Assembly: GCA_965223665.1 (NCBI GenBank)
Contig: OZ245011.1
Location: 1,568,001 to 1,632,000, forward strand
Origin: Nitrospinaceae bacterium
GTDB taxonomy: Bacteria > Nitrospinota > Nitrospinia > Nitrospinales > Nitrospinaceae
Length of the DNA stretch: 64,000 nucleotides
Reading direction: 5' to 3'
The notes beneath the pieces were generated by a model. The model saw nothing but the letters and a program-made list of their open reading frames with translations. It had not been told where the DNA came from and did no database searches. Shown one piece after another: positions 10,272 through 20,886 of the stretch; position 1 is the stretch's first letter; the number at the start of each line of letters is the position of its first letter. A program made the translations under genes and the position numbers.

Positions 10272-11681
10272 ATGATGAAAACAAAAACTGGGTTGATAGA
10301 AACGTTAGATCCTGCTCAAAAGGTTATTGCAAATAGAAATCAGGTTAAACGGATCACTGCATTTGGACTTGGGTTGTTTTTAATAATGGGCGGAATGGGT
10401 AACTCCTTAGTATGGGCGGGAGAGTTCCAGTTGCCGGATTGCGAGGGTCTGCAAAAATGGGTAACGAATTTTTCCGACGGTAAATCCATTAAGATAGCCC
10501 CTAAAATAGAAATCAATGAGATTCTCAAGGACGAACTCGTAGAACCTCTGTTTGGGCAATCTATATCCCAATGGAATGACAACAACACCAACGCTGCGAA
10601 ACGCTCGATCAAGGTTTGCCGCAACAAAGCCCATAAGAAGCGAGATAAAGCAACCGTCAAAAAATATAACCAAACCACAAGGGCGATTCTGTCTGCAAAG
10701 GCTCAGTTTAAAAAGCAAAATAAGGTAAGAGAATCCTCCCACAAGAAAGTGAAATGGTTAATTGGAAATAATAAATCACAAGATCCGCACCGCCTGCTGG
10801 AGTTGGCGATGGAAGTTCTTCAAGGGAAGGATGTAAATACCGAGTTGGCAAAAGTTCAATTAAGTTCCACTTATAAACGAAATATTTCGGGATTGAAGTC
10901 TGCTTTAGACTACCTGCCTGCCAACGAAATTGAACTATTGATGAACCAGTTAGCCGAACGGCAATCCAGTCTGAGTGCAGAAATGAAAACCGCTAAGGCT
11001 GAACAAGAAAAGACAAAACAAACTCAAGTACAAGTGCTTACTACACAGAAACGAAGTGCTAATCATAAAGTCTTTCAAAAGTCGAACCAATCCTATGACA
11101 TCGCCGCCCGCCTGGCCGAATTAGTCGTAACCGAAGACGGGAAGTTAACCCTCCGGGGAGTGCGTCCCGGAATCAGTTATACTGAAGCCAAAACTGTGAT
11201 GAAGGAAAAATGGCGTTTTCGACTCGACCCTGGTTCCATTATGGTAAAGTCCTTTTCCCCACCCCGCCAGGACCTGGCAAATTATGTTAATAAGCTGGGC
11301 CGGAACGGAGGGTTGGTTGAAATGAAAACCATGAAAGGCAAAATCGGTCACATCAAGTTCTCGGAGCGCTATACGCTTCCACTTAAAACTCAAGATGTTC
11401 ATACCTGGTTGAACAAACAGCTTGGGAAACCTGAAACAGACGAAGGAAAGCAATCGACATGGAAGGTGGGTCAATCCTTCTTAACCGTCTCCACGAAAAA
11501 TTGGAACGTTGGGAGCAGCGGAAGATATCAAAGTTCTCTTGTAATGAATTTATGGAGCCAGGCTTATACCGATTATCTGGAAAATGCAAAACGTCAGTGT
11601 GCACAAATCAAACAGAAACCGATGAGCGAATTGACCCTTGTCGATCAGGAAGCGTTGGCCATGGATTGCAAGACTCCTTAA
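10272..11681 (+). CDS. Hypothetical exported protein (Lys-rich, coiled-coil centre)
   Basis: 469-aa ORF with hydrophobic N-terminal segment ending VWA; 18 bp after the previous gene. Confidence 0.7.
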   Translation: MMKTKTGLIETLDPAQKVIANRNQVKRITAFGLGLFLIMGGMGNSLVWAGEFQLPDCEGLQKWVTNFSDGKSIKIAPKIEINEILKDELVEPLFGQSISQWNDNNTNAAKRSIKVCRNKAHKKRDKATVKKYNQTTRAILSAKAQFKKQNKVRESSHKKVKWLIGNNKSQDPHRLLELAMEVLQGKDVNTELAKVQLSSTYKRNISGLKSALDYLPANEIELLMNQLAERQSSLSAEMKTAKAEQEKTKQTQVQVLTTQKRSANHKVFQKSNQSYDIAARLAELVVTEDGKLTLRGVRPGISYTEAKTVMKEKWRFRLDPGSIMVKSFSPPRQDLANYVNKLGRNGGLVEMKTMKGKIGHIKFSERYTLPLKTQDVHTWLNKQLGKPETDEGKQSTWKVGQSFLTVSTKNWNVGSSGRYQSSLVMNLWSQAYTDYLENAKRQCAQIKQKPMSELTLVDQEALAMDCKTP

Positions 11682-11779
11682 TTCATCCTGTGGCTTTCCA
11701 TTGATAAATTCGAGCGTGATATAATTTTCCGTTTCAAATTCGATTAAGCAAATTTAGAAAAATTCATCGGGAGTGTCTT

Positions 11780-12193
11780 GTGGCTGAAAAATTATTAGGT
11801 TCGTGCCTGTGTAAAAAAGTTCAATTTGAAATCGAGGGAGACTTCGATCGTTTCTTTCTGTGTCACTGTGATCATTGTCGAAAAGATACCGGATCGGCAC
11901 ATGCAGCCAATTTGTTTTCATCCACGGCAAAGTTCCAATGGATTTCCGGGCAGGATAATATTAAGACTTATATTCCTCCCTCCACCAAACATATCAAAAG
12001 TTTTTGCACCACCTGCGGCTCTGCCATGCCCAACCTGTTAAAACAAGGCAAACTGTTGATGGTTCCCGCAGGAAGTCTGGATAGCAAGTTCTCCATGAAA
12101 CCCACCGCGCATATCTTTGTTTCGGATAAAGCCGACTGGGATGACCACCTGGAAACTGTCCCCACGTTTGAAGAGTACCCGAGCACGTCTTAA
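11780..12193 (+). CDS. GFA/CENP-V family Zn-binding protein
   Basis: GSCLC, CHCDHCRK and FCTTCGS motifs; RBS ggag. Confidence 0.9.
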   Translation: MAEKLLGSCLCKKVQFEIEGDFDRFFLCHCDHCRKDTGSAHAANLFSSTAKFQWISGQDNIKTYIPPSTKHIKSFCTTCGSAMPNLLKQGKLLMVPAGSLDSKFSMKPTAHIFVSDKADWDDHLETVPTFEEYPSTS

Positions 12194-12457
12194 AATATTT
12201 AAAATTAAATAGAATTATGTTCGCCCTCTTTCCCAAAAAGGGTCGGGGTGATGCACCTCCAGGGGTTTTCTGTTAAAAGGAAAAATCTCATCACCAGGCA
12301 ACGCCTGGAAGAAAAATAATTTTGCCTCAAATCATTTGATTGATATAATAACTGGTTATGAAACGAATCTTTATGGTCTTACTATTGGCTGCAGCTTTAA
12401 TGGTGAGATTGGGATGAAATATGCAAGAGTTTCCATCTTTTATAGAAAACAAAAGCC

Positions 12458-13276
12458 ATGAAAAAATATTTGATTGCAATTGCTTCTCTCATTTTCACTT
12501 TAGGTCTGTGGGCATTTTGGTTTGAGCCGGCCTATTTTCGAATTGCCCATTACTCGGTTCATATTCCACAGCTGGCAGATAGATTAGGATATAAAATAGC
12601 GGTCATTTCTGATATTCATACCGGGTCGCCATTTAACTCCCTGGACAAATTGAAAAAAATTGTTGCTCAGACAAACTCCGAAGATCCAGATTTGATACTC
12701 ATCGTTGGCGATTTAGTGATCCATGGGGTTATTGGAGGGAATTTTGTCGAACCCAGCAAAATTGCCCAAGAACTAAAAATATTAAAGGCTAGAGATGGGG
12801 TTTATGGGGTTCTGGGTAATCATGACTGGTGGTATGACGCTAAAGAAGTCAGTTCGGCATTAAAGCAAAATGGAGTAGAGATGCTTGATGAGGCTGTGAA
12901 GATCATCGGGAGCGGAGAAAATTCTTTTTGGCTGATGGGTATTGGAGATTTCTGGGAAGGAAAACCCAACGTTGAGCAAAATCTAAAAAATGTAATTGAC
13001 GATCGCCCCGTCATCGCATTCACTCATAATCCAGATATTTTTCCATCCATCCCGAAAAGAGTTAACCTCACCATCGCAGGGCATACACATGGTGGACAAG
13101 TCTATTTTCCCTTCATCGGGAGGCCAATTGTTCCCTCAAAATACGGTGAAAAATATGCGATAGGACATATTATGGAAAATGGGCACCACCTTTTTGTCTC
13201 ACCGGGTTTGGGGACAAGTATGCTGCCGGTACGTTTTCTTGTTCCACCTGAGGTATCCGTATTAACCGTTCAGTGA
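12458..13276 (+). CDS. Calcineurin-like metallophosphoesterase (YkuE-like)
   Basis: SDIH, GD, GNHD, HNP and GHTHGGQ motifs; N-terminal membrane anchor. Confidence 0.92.
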   Translation: MKKYLIAIASLIFTLGLWAFWFEPAYFRIAHYSVHIPQLADRLGYKIAVISDIHTGSPFNSLDKLKKIVAQTNSEDPDLILIVGDLVIHGVIGGNFVEPSKIAQELKILKARDGVYGVLGNHDWWYDAKEVSSALKQNGVEMLDEAVKIIGSGENSFWLMGIGDFWEGKPNVEQNLKNVIDDRPVIAFTHNPDIFPSIPKRVNLTIAGHTHGGQVYFPFIGRPIVPSKYGEKYAIGHIMENGHHLFVSPGLGTSMLPVRFLVPPEVSVLTVQ

Positions 13277-13654
13277 AGTGAATCGCACTGGTAGAGAATA
13301 TACCTCTTTGATAGTTTGGTAGTTCCATTTTCAAGCTTGGAATTTTTCCATTCTACTTTTTTTCAGAGGATAATCTTTGCTTTACAATGATGTTCGGAAA
13401 TCTTTGGCAGAAAAATCTTCCCAGCCCTCTTCATATAAAGCTTTGCATAAGTCAGAAAATATAAAATCCCTGGAGGTGAATCACCCCGACCCTCTTTCCT
13501 AAAGAGTAAGCACATTAACTTCCAGTTTTTATGTATTCATCTAAAAAAGAACTTGGGAAAAGTTTAATACGATTCTGAGAATACTCAAACTCATGGGGGA
13601 TTAAAGTTGCTCGCGGACGCTGGCCCGTTGCCGCCACGGTGAGTGGGAGGAGAA

Positions 13655-13689
13655 GGTGAACGGAAGGGCCGCAGATGCTTCCGTTCACC
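13655..13689 (-). terminator. Hairpin downstream of the DUF2325 gene
   Basis: 12-bp stem ggtgaacggaag / cttccgttcacc; U-tract weak. Confidence 0.5.
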
Positions 13690-13742
13690 CTGGACTTCAT
13701 CAAAATTAATAGAAGTCCGGTCCAAAGTTTGAAACCTGCGGA

Positions 13743-14027
13743 TCAGGAAGCTGCAAACGTACCCAGGCACTTTTTTAAACTGGAAATACTGCTGGTGTGC
13801 GTTCGGTTAATTTTTATTTTAGATTTCTTCGCTGCGAGTACCGCTTCATTCACCATGTGATGTGAAATGGTATTCGTGAACAAAACAATTCCATGAACTT
13901 TCGACAACCGCTTTTTCATATCCGGAACTCTTTGTCCAAAAAATTTCACCTGGAAGCCCAGTTGTTTCCCGACATTTTCATATTGTCCCTTTAACCGATC
14001 CAGACCACCCAAAATTGCAATGCTCAT
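13743..14027 (-). CDS. DUF2325 family protein
   Basis: MSIAILGG...IVLFTNTISH...SSISSL pattern; RBS ggag. Confidence 0.8.
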   Translation of the reverse strand: MSIAILGGLDRLKGQYENVGKQLGFQVKFFGQRVPDMKKRLSKVHGIVLFTNTISHHMVNEAVLAAKKSKIKINRTHTSSISSLKKCLGTFAAS

Positions 14028-14348
14028 TGTTATGTCTCCATTGTTAGTGAAAACTTAAAGGCAATTTGATAGGTGGGAGTTTCAAAATAGCCCAAAGCTG
14101 ATTATAAAAAGGTATGAGTTGCCAAAATCATGACCTGATTTTGGCAACCCATTTTTTAATTAACGAAAAAACCAGAGACCCTCCGCTGGTCTTCTCCATT
14201 CATGAAATTGTTTCCGTTAATTAAAGTTGACGGTTTCTTATGGTTTTTTGAAAGTCGTTTCATTTTGATATTATTTTTAAATTCCTAACGGGGCCCCTCC
14301 CTAACCCCTGCAGGTCGTAATCCGCGAACCCATTGAGAATTTTCTAAT

Positions 14349-14367
14349 GATTTTGAAATTCATTATC
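14349..14367. promoter_or_regulatory. Putative Fur-family box at a minus-strand promoter
   Basis: gattttgaaattcattatc matches GATAATGATAATCATTATC at 15/19; minus-strand TTGACT-16-TAAAAT at 14401-14374. Confidence 0.55.
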
Positions 14368-14698
14368 AATATCATTTTATAAAAAATTAGATCTAAGTCA
14401 ACCCCTTTTTGGAAATTTTTTGTTAAATAATAAAAAAATCGGCTAAGGAGTTTAATTCAACTAAAGAACCCAAGCTTCTTTTGTTATTTCCGCAACTTGA
14501 AATTTCAAAATCCAAAAGTAACCCAGCTAACTTATTGAATTTTTTGTGGTATTTAAGCATTTTAGGGAGCAGATGGTTTTAGTGAGCTAAAAAGAAGTTT
14601 AGCTTTACTCCCTTTCGAGGAAGGGGCTATTCCCAAAAATTATGGATTAACCCATTTCTTATAAATTAAATAATTTCAATTTATCTTTCCGCCTCCCC

Positions 14699-14747
14699 TT
14701 GACAGATTCTGAGTTCTATCTTATTTTTGATAATAATTATCATTATC
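14699..14747 (+). promoter_or_regulatory. Sigma70 promoter followed by a Fur box
   Basis: TTGACA(14699)-17-TATTTT, then gataataattatcattatc (14729-14747), 17/19 match to the Fur consensus. Confidence 0.7.
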
Positions 14748-14862
14748 AATTGTGGTCTTGGGCAGACCTTTTAGCTTTTCTAGTTGAATCCCTTTTTGCT
14801 TCAGCCTTTAACAAGTCATCTGCCCAATGGGTTCATTAAGAATAATTTTAAGGAGAGTGGAA

Positions 14863-15054
14863 ATGAATAACCAGGCATTTCCTGTCATTTGGGCAGCAGG
14901 TTTTTACATATCTATTCTTATTTATCTTATTTGCTTCACCCTTTTAGTTTTGATTTCTTATCACCTTTGGCGGTTCAAAGAATCTTTAAAACATTATCCG
15001 GAAATCGCCAAAAAGGAAAATGATTCAAATTACGCCTCCCCTGCCAAAAATTAA
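14863..15054 (+). CDS. Small single-TM membrane protein
   Basis: aggag RBS before ATG 14863; one long hydrophobic helix. Confidence 0.55.
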   Translation: MNNQAFPVIWAAGFYISILIYLICFTLLVLISYHLWRFKESLKHYPEIAKKENDSNYASPAKN

Positions 15055-15102
15055 GGCAGGGTGTATTAAAAAATTTTTTAAAGTTTTTCATCGGAGGGGA
15101 AC

Positions 15103-15375
15103 ATGAAAAACTCAACAAGCTTTGCTTTAAAACAAAACTTAATTTGCAAAAAATGCGGACCCCAGGGTTTATTCGTTATTTTAAAAAGAGCCGGTGGCGG
15201 CCTTCTTGTCATTTCATTATTTTTTGTCTTGATCCTGCTCGTCGCCTCCTCCGTTTTAGAGAAAACCTTTGCCGTATCTATGGGAGCCACATTGATTTTT
15301 GCCCTAACGGTTTATGATGTATGGAAACATAATTTTGGACGAACGAAGTGCTCCGCTTGCAAACGCAGCGTATAA
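15103..15375 (+). CDS. Small two-TM protein with terminal CxxC pairs
   Basis: ggagg RBS; CKKC and CSAC flank two TM helices. Confidence 0.6.
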   Translation: MKNSTSFALKQNLICKKCGPQGLFVILKRAGGGLLVISLFFVLILLVASSVLEKTFAVSMGATLIFALTVYDVWKHNFGRTKCSACKRSV

Positions 15376-15560
15376 CTTACGGCATTTTTTTTGAAGCATA
15401 GGCGGCACAATCTGGAAGTACCTCCCCCTGGGAAGGGTTAGGCCAACTTCGGCCTGCCCTTCCACTGTTTCTTCACTTAACAAATTCAACTATAATAATG
15501 AAAGAAAATTATTTAGACCAAATACTACACTTATTCAAGCTTGTTTCCGGAGACACTTCT

Positions 15561-16433
15561 GTGAAAATACCCACCGTTGAATTCACACCTCAACAGGAAA
15601 CCCTCTCTGGCATTGAACTGTTAGAGCTGAAATCAGTTTATAAAAGATCTTCCAAACTCAAAGTCGACATGTTCGCGCCGCACCGGGTTCAGTTTCATCA
15701 TTTGATCTACATCACTCAAGGTTCCGGAACTCATTTCATCGATTTCCATGAGTACCCTTTTAAGAAAGGTAATATTATTTTCATCAATCAGCACCAGGTG
15801 CATGCGTTTGATTCTAAAAAACGCCATGAGGGTTTAATGGTTTTATTCACTCAGGAATTTATTGACTCCATTCAAACCAGTATTCGAGTCCCTGTGTTTT
15901 CCGCGGGGTTTTATTCTTCTTCGGTACGGCCTGTCTTAAAAGTAAAGAACGAATTGCAGAAAAGCTGTGAAACTTTACTGTCAGAAATGAAAGTCATCAA
16001 CGGCAAAAAACAATACGATCCTCTGCTTATGCAACTTTTATTCACCTCTCTCATTTTGAAACTGCACCGAGAGCGATCCGATTATAACCACCCTTCCCCC
16101 GGCGAAGTGCGACGGCAACAGTTTGCCCATTTCTTATCTCTGGTAGAAAAACACTTTGTGTCGGTAAGAGATGCGACCGACTACGCCAGGAAAATGGGCA
16201 TCACTTACAAAACACTCAATCAACTCTGCAAACAGGCGACCCGCCAAACCCCCAAGCAACTGATCGATGCCCACACCATCCTGGAAGCCAAACGCCGACT
16301 GGCTATCGAAAACGTTCAGGTGTCTGAACTCGCTTATGACCTGGGATTCGTAGAAGTCAGCAACTTTGTCAAATACTTTAAAAAGCACACCTCTCTCACC
16401 CCCAGCAAATTCAAAGAAACATTAAGCGGTTAG
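15561..16433 (+). CDS. AraC family transcriptional regulator
   Basis: Cupin-like N-terminus (PHRVQFHHLIYITQGSG) and AraC HTH (LAYDLGFVEVSNFVKYFKK..TPSKF). GTG 15561 with ggag RBS; track start is 15498. Confidence 0.92.
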   Translation: MKIPTVEFTPQQETLSGIELLELKSVYKRSSKLKVDMFAPHRVQFHHLIYITQGSGTHFIDFHEYPFKKGNIIFINQHQVHAFDSKKRHEGLMVLFTQEFIDSIQTSIRVPVFSAGFYSSSVRPVLKVKNELQKSCETLLSEMKVINGKKQYDPLLMQLLFTSLILKLHRERSDYNHPSPGEVRRQQFAHFLSLVEKHFVSVRDATDYARKMGITYKTLNQLCKQATRQTPKQLIDAHTILEAKRRLAIENVQVSELAYDLGFVEVSNFVKYFKKHTSLTPSKFKETLSG

Positions 16434-16503
16434 ACATTTACCATTTTTTGGATGGGAATGACCTATTCCCTTTTGTGCCACATTGCTATCCTCCTTGAGA
16501 AAG

Positions 16504-16738
16504 AGACCTTTGCATAACAATAAATGTTGAACAAAACACAATAAACTTAAAGAAAAGATCCATGCGTTCCCTCTTTCCCAACCTAGCGGTTGGAAGCAGC
16601 AGACATATTAAAAGAGTTTCGGGAGATAGGGTCTTCACAAAAAATTATCGAGAATGAATTTTACTGGCAGGCGTTGGCCTGCGGGCTAGGGTGATTCACA
16701 TTCAGAGGTTTTATCTTTTCTTACTTACGCAAAGGTCT
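16504..16738. mobile_element. MITE-like element with AGACCTTTGC terminal inverted repeats
   Basis: agacctttgcataa ... ttacgcaaaggtct; non-coding interior shared with other copies. Confidence 0.6.
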
Positions 16739-16775
16739 ACTTGAGAAATATTAATCATCTCACCAGGAGGAACCC

Positions 16776-17552
16776 ATGAGCATTTCAAACAAAGAGAAAG
16801 CGGTGGCACTGCTTAACAGCATTGAATCCGGAGATCCTACACCGGTTTCATACATCAATCCCAATCAATACACTCAGCACAATTTAGCAGTGGCCGATGG
16901 CCTGCAAGGTTTTGGTGAATTAATGAAAGCGTTGCCACCGGGAAGCGCCAAAGTAAACGTTGTGCGTTCGTTTCAGGATGGAGACTTTGTATTCACGCAC
17001 ACGGACTATAATTTTTTCGGACCTAAGGTGGGTTTCGATGTATTTCGTTTTGAAAACGGAAAGATCGTAGAACACTGGGACAACCTAGCAGAAAAAGCAA
17101 GCGCTCCTAATCCCAGCGGTCACACTCAACTAGATGGTCCCACTGAGATTCAGGACATCACCAGTACCGAGTCCAATAAAAATTTGGTTAAGGATTTTCT
17201 GGAAACCATTCTGGTTGAAGGAAAGATGGATCAGTTGGGAAATTTTATTGAAGGCGATAACTATACTCAGCACAACACCGCAATCGCAGATGGATTGTCG
17301 GGATTGAGCCAGGCATTAGAAGCGATGGCAGAACAGGGAATCACCATGTCCTACACGAAAGTTCATAAAGTTCTCGGCGAAGGCAACTTTGTATTGGCAA
17401 TCAGCGAAGGATGCTTCGGAGGAAAATCTACATCTTTCTATGATTTATTCCGAGTGGATCAGGGAAAAATTGTAGAACACTGGGATGTGATTGAACCCAT
17501 TCCTCCGCAAAATGAGTGGAAAAACCAAAACGGAAAATTCGGGAATTTTTAG
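16776..17552 (+). CDS. Tandem SnoaL/NTF2-like domain protein
   Basis: Two copies of YTQHN..ADG...FR..GKIVEHWD; aggagg RBS. Confidence 0.88.
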   Translation: MSISNKEKAVALLNSIESGDPTPVSYINPNQYTQHNLAVADGLQGFGELMKALPPGSAKVNVVRSFQDGDFVFTHTDYNFFGPKVGFDVFRFENGKIVEHWDNLAEKASAPNPSGHTQLDGPTEIQDITSTESNKNLVKDFLETILVEGKMDQLGNFIEGDNYTQHNTAIADGLSGLSQALEAMAEQGITMSYTKVHKVLGEGNFVLAISEGCFGGKSTSFYDLFRVDQGKIVEHWDVIEPIPPQNEWKNQNGKFGNF

Positions 17553-17670
17553 CGCAACATGAAAGAAAAAATACATAGAGCTTTCTTTTTAGACGAAACT
17601 GTAAAGTTTATAAAACAATCCCCGGGTGTTTGACGCCTGAAAACACCGCGAGAATATAAAGGAGAATCCA

Positions 17671-18237
17671 ATGACACAGCAACATTCATCAAAAACTAAT
17701 AAATGGATAAGGTCCACATGGACTCTGACCGTTGTACTTGTGATTATGACTGCACTGGGCTTCACGGGTTTCGCGGTGGCCCAAAGTTCCGACACAGAGT
17801 TGACCGAAAAAGAGAAGGCCCACCTTGATAATTTCGATGACCTGGATTTCAACGTCTTTACCAACCAGAAGTGGGACGAGCTTGGAAGAAGCCACTCCCA
17901 GGACATTATCGTCCACTGGCCCGATGGGCGCGTGACTACTGGAATCCATCCACACATCGAGGACCTAAAGGCAATGTTCGTCTATGCACCGGACACGCGC
18001 ATTCGGGAACACCCTATCAAAATCGCTTCCGGTAATTGGACAGCCGTGACAGGAACTTTCGAAGGTACCTTCAGCCAACCAATGCCCATCGGCAATGGCA
18101 AGACAATCGCTCCAACGGGTAAGACTTTCAAACTTTCAATGGTAACCATTGGCCGATGGAAAAACGGAACGATGGCAGAGGAGTGGTTGTTTTGGGATAA
18201 CCAGACCTTCATGAAGCAAATCGGACTTGCCAAGTAA
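17671..18237 (+). CDS. Exported SnoaL-like ester cyclase family protein
   Basis: Signal peptide; GTFSQPM...PTGKTF...EEWLFWD..FMKQIG. Confidence 0.85.
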   Translation: MTQQHSSKTNKWIRSTWTLTVVLVIMTALGFTGFAVAQSSDTELTEKEKAHLDNFDDLDFNVFTNQKWDELGRSHSQDIIVHWPDGRVTTGIHPHIEDLKAMFVYAPDTRIREHPIKIASGNWTAVTGTFEGTFSQPMPIGNGKTIAPTGKTFKLSMVTIGRWKNGTMAEEWLFWDNQTFMKQIGLAK

Positions 18238-18428
18238 GTATGCAATGAAAAACTCAAGGCTTTTGGCTCCTTATTCGAGAAGCCAACGCATGACACTAAA
18301 CGAGCAGGAAAAGTTCATCCATGAATATAAAGAAGATCCTGCCGGTAAAATGACCGATGGGTTAGTGAGCCAATATAATTTTGTTCTAAGTTTTTAACAA
18401 AACCTTAAATCCCGAGAGGATCATTACT

Positions 18429-18992
18429 ATGGAAAATCCAAACGCATCCAACGAATTTGGACCGATAGCAAAATCGTTTCACTGGATTATATTTCTTTTA
18501 TTCCTGTTTCAATTTGGAATTGCCATCGTCATGTATGGCGTCGCCACAGACGACTATTACCCGAAGGAATTATTCATGACCCATAAATCAGTGGGTGTGT
18601 TTCTTTTCTTTTTGGCAGTGGCCCGACTGCTATGGAGAAAACTCAACCCCTTGCCGCCCTGGCCGGATTCCATAACCGAGTTTGAAAAGAAAGCGTTTCA
18701 TTTTCTCGAAATCGGATTGTACACGGTAATGATTGTGATGCCTTTAAGTGGATACATTTTTTCGTTAGCAGGAGGTCACGGTTTTAAATTCTTCGGACTC
18801 TTTGACGTGCCGGATTTAATCGGGAAAAATGAAACGCTATCACTGATTGGAAAATACCTGCACCGAATCACCGCGTTTATCGTGGTGGCGTTTGTCTCTG
18901 CGCATGTTTCCTTAATCCTGCGCCAGCACTGCGATTCCAAAAATAAATACATCGAACGAATGTCATTTTTAAAATCAGAAAACAAAAATTAA
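18429..18992 (+). CDS. Cytochrome b561 (YceJ/CybB-like)
   Basis: FHW, HKSVG, FH..LY..MPLSG, LH and AHV heme-ligand histidines; 4 TM helices. Confidence 0.88.
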   Translation: MENPNASNEFGPIAKSFHWIIFLLFLFQFGIAIVMYGVATDDYYPKELFMTHKSVGVFLFFLAVARLLWRKLNPLPPWPDSITEFEKKAFHFLEIGLYTVMIVMPLSGYIFSLAGGHGFKFFGLFDVPDLIGKNETLSLIGKYLHRITAFIVVAFVSAHVSLILRQHCDSKNKYIERMSFLKSENKN

Positions 18993-19304
18993 ACAAAAGC
19001 CTATCCAAGGAGTTCCCATAAAAATATCGTGGCCCCGCGAAATAACTTCATTCTTGTAAAATAAAATGAGACCAATCCCCGAAAAGTTCATCTTTATATG
19101 AAGGGGATTTTTGCCAAACTGAAAAGCTTGAAAACCCCCTGGAGGTCAATCACCCCAGCCCTCTTTAAAAAGAGGGAGCACATGGATCTCCTAAATATAT
19201 TTTTCTGTGTTCGTTCATCGCTTTCTTAAATGTAAAGCCCTCTATTTAAATAGAGGAAGGATGGATTCAAGTACCTTATATATAGAACCAACTCGGGAGC
19301 TATT

Positions 19305-20816
19305 TTGGATAATACAACGGAAACCCTAAGCGAAACCGACAACAGGAGTCCGGAGTTTAACTTCGACAACAGTTACGCCCGCGCCTTTGAGGGCTTTTAT
19401 GTTTCCTGCGAGGCGGACCCGGCGAGTTCTCCGAAACTGTTGCTGTTCAACCGGGCTCTGGCCGAAGAGTTACGACTGGATCCGGATGCGCTCGATTCCG
19501 ATGCCGGCTTGGCGATTTTCTCGGGTAACGCCGTTCCCAACGGCGCCGAACCTTTAGCACAGGCTTATGCCGGTCACCAGTTTGGCGGGTTTGCCCCGCA
19601 ACTGGGAGACGGCCGCGCCCTGCTCCTCGGCGAAGTGATCGATATCAATAATAAACGCCGCGACATTCAGTTGAAAGGGTCAGGCCCCACTCCGTTTTCT
19701 CGAGGTGGCGACGGCAAAGCCGGCCTCGGTCCGGTACTCCGCGAATACATCATTGGTGAGGGCATGCATGCGTTGGGAATTCCCACCACTCGCGCACTGG
19801 CGGCGGTGACCACCGGCGAGAAGGTTTATCGCGAACGCGCTTTTCCCGGAGCCGTGCTCACGCGTGTGGCGGCGAGTCACATTCGCATTGGCACCTTCCA
19901 GTTTTTTGCAGGACGCGGCGGCGTGGAAAAAGTTCGCGCCCTTGCGGAATATTCCATTGCGCGGCACTACCCTGAAATCGCCGATGCGGAAAATCCGTTT
20001 CTGGAACTCTTTAAAGCTGTCGCCAATGCACAGGCAGCCCTGATCGCGAGATGGATGCAGGTCGGTTTCATTCACGGAGTCATGAACACCGACAACATGA
20101 CCATCTCCGGCGAGACGCTTGACTATGGACCCTGCGCGTTTATGGATACGTATCATCCGGGTACCGTGTTCAGTTCCATTGACCGACAGGGACGTTATGC
20201 CTATGCCAACCAGCCGGCCATTTTAGCCTGGAACCTGACGCGACTGGCAGAAACCTTGATCCCGCTGGTGGATCCGAACAAAGAAAAGTCCATCGGAATT
20301 TTGACCGAAGTCATCGAGGGTGTTCAATCGCTCTACGAAAAACACTGGCTGGCGGGAATGCGATCCAAAATCGGTTTAACCACCGAAGACTCCGAAGACA
20401 TGGACCTGGTAAAAGATCTGCTTTGGGTGATGCAGGACGGTGAAGCCGACTTCACACTTTTCTTTCGACGACTTTCGCAAGTGCTGCGAGGTGATTTTGA
20501 TTCCATACATAATAATATGGAACAGGTTGGCGCTCTGGAAGTCTGGACCCGACGCTGGCGAAAACGGTTGCAACAGGAAGGTGCGGATGCAGAGAAAACC
20601 GCCCAAGCTATGGACCGGGTGAACCCGATTTATATTCCACGCAATCATAAAGTTGAAGAAGCGCTGGACGCCGCGGTGGATCATGAAGACCTGATGCCTT
20701 TTACCAAATTACTTGCTGCGGTAAGCTGTCCTTTCGAAGAAGTCGACGGCAACGAAGCCTACGCCAATCCCCCCAAAGTTCCGGACCCCACCTACCAGAC
20801 CTTCTGTGGAACTTAA
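19305..20816 (+). CDS. selO: Protein adenylyltransferase SelO (YdiU family)
   Basis: YAGHQFG, LGDGRA, QLKGSGPTPFSRGGDG, GFIHGVMNTDN, DYGPC, C-terminal TFCGT. Confidence 0.95.
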   Translation: MDNTTETLSETDNRSPEFNFDNSYARAFEGFYVSCEADPASSPKLLLFNRALAEELRLDPDALDSDAGLAIFSGNAVPNGAEPLAQAYAGHQFGGFAPQLGDGRALLLGEVIDINNKRRDIQLKGSGPTPFSRGGDGKAGLGPVLREYIIGEGMHALGIPTTRALAAVTTGEKVYRERAFPGAVLTRVAASHIRIGTFQFFAGRGGVEKVRALAEYSIARHYPEIADAENPFLELFKAVANAQAALIARWMQVGFIHGVMNTDNMTISGETLDYGPCAFMDTYHPGTVFSSIDRQGRYAYANQPAILAWNLTRLAETLIPLVDPNKEKSIGILTEVIEGVQSLYEKHWLAGMRSKIGLTTEDSEDMDLVKDLLWVMQDGEADFTLFFRRLSQVLRGDFDSIHNNMEQVGALEVWTRRWRKRLQQEGADAEKTAQAMDRVNPIYIPRNHKVEEALDAAVDHEDLMPFTKLLAAVSCPFEEVDGNEAYANPPKVPDPTYQTFCGT

Positions 20817-20886
20817 TGGCTGTTTAACTTCCGGCAATTGGGTTAAAATATCCTCGCGACCCTAAACCCTTTAATCAGAAAACAAA

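Noticed and set aside
12358-12417. 19-codon ORF MKRIFMVLLLAAALMVRLG resembling a signal peptide
   Set aside because: Too short, with no clear RBS; at most a gene remnant
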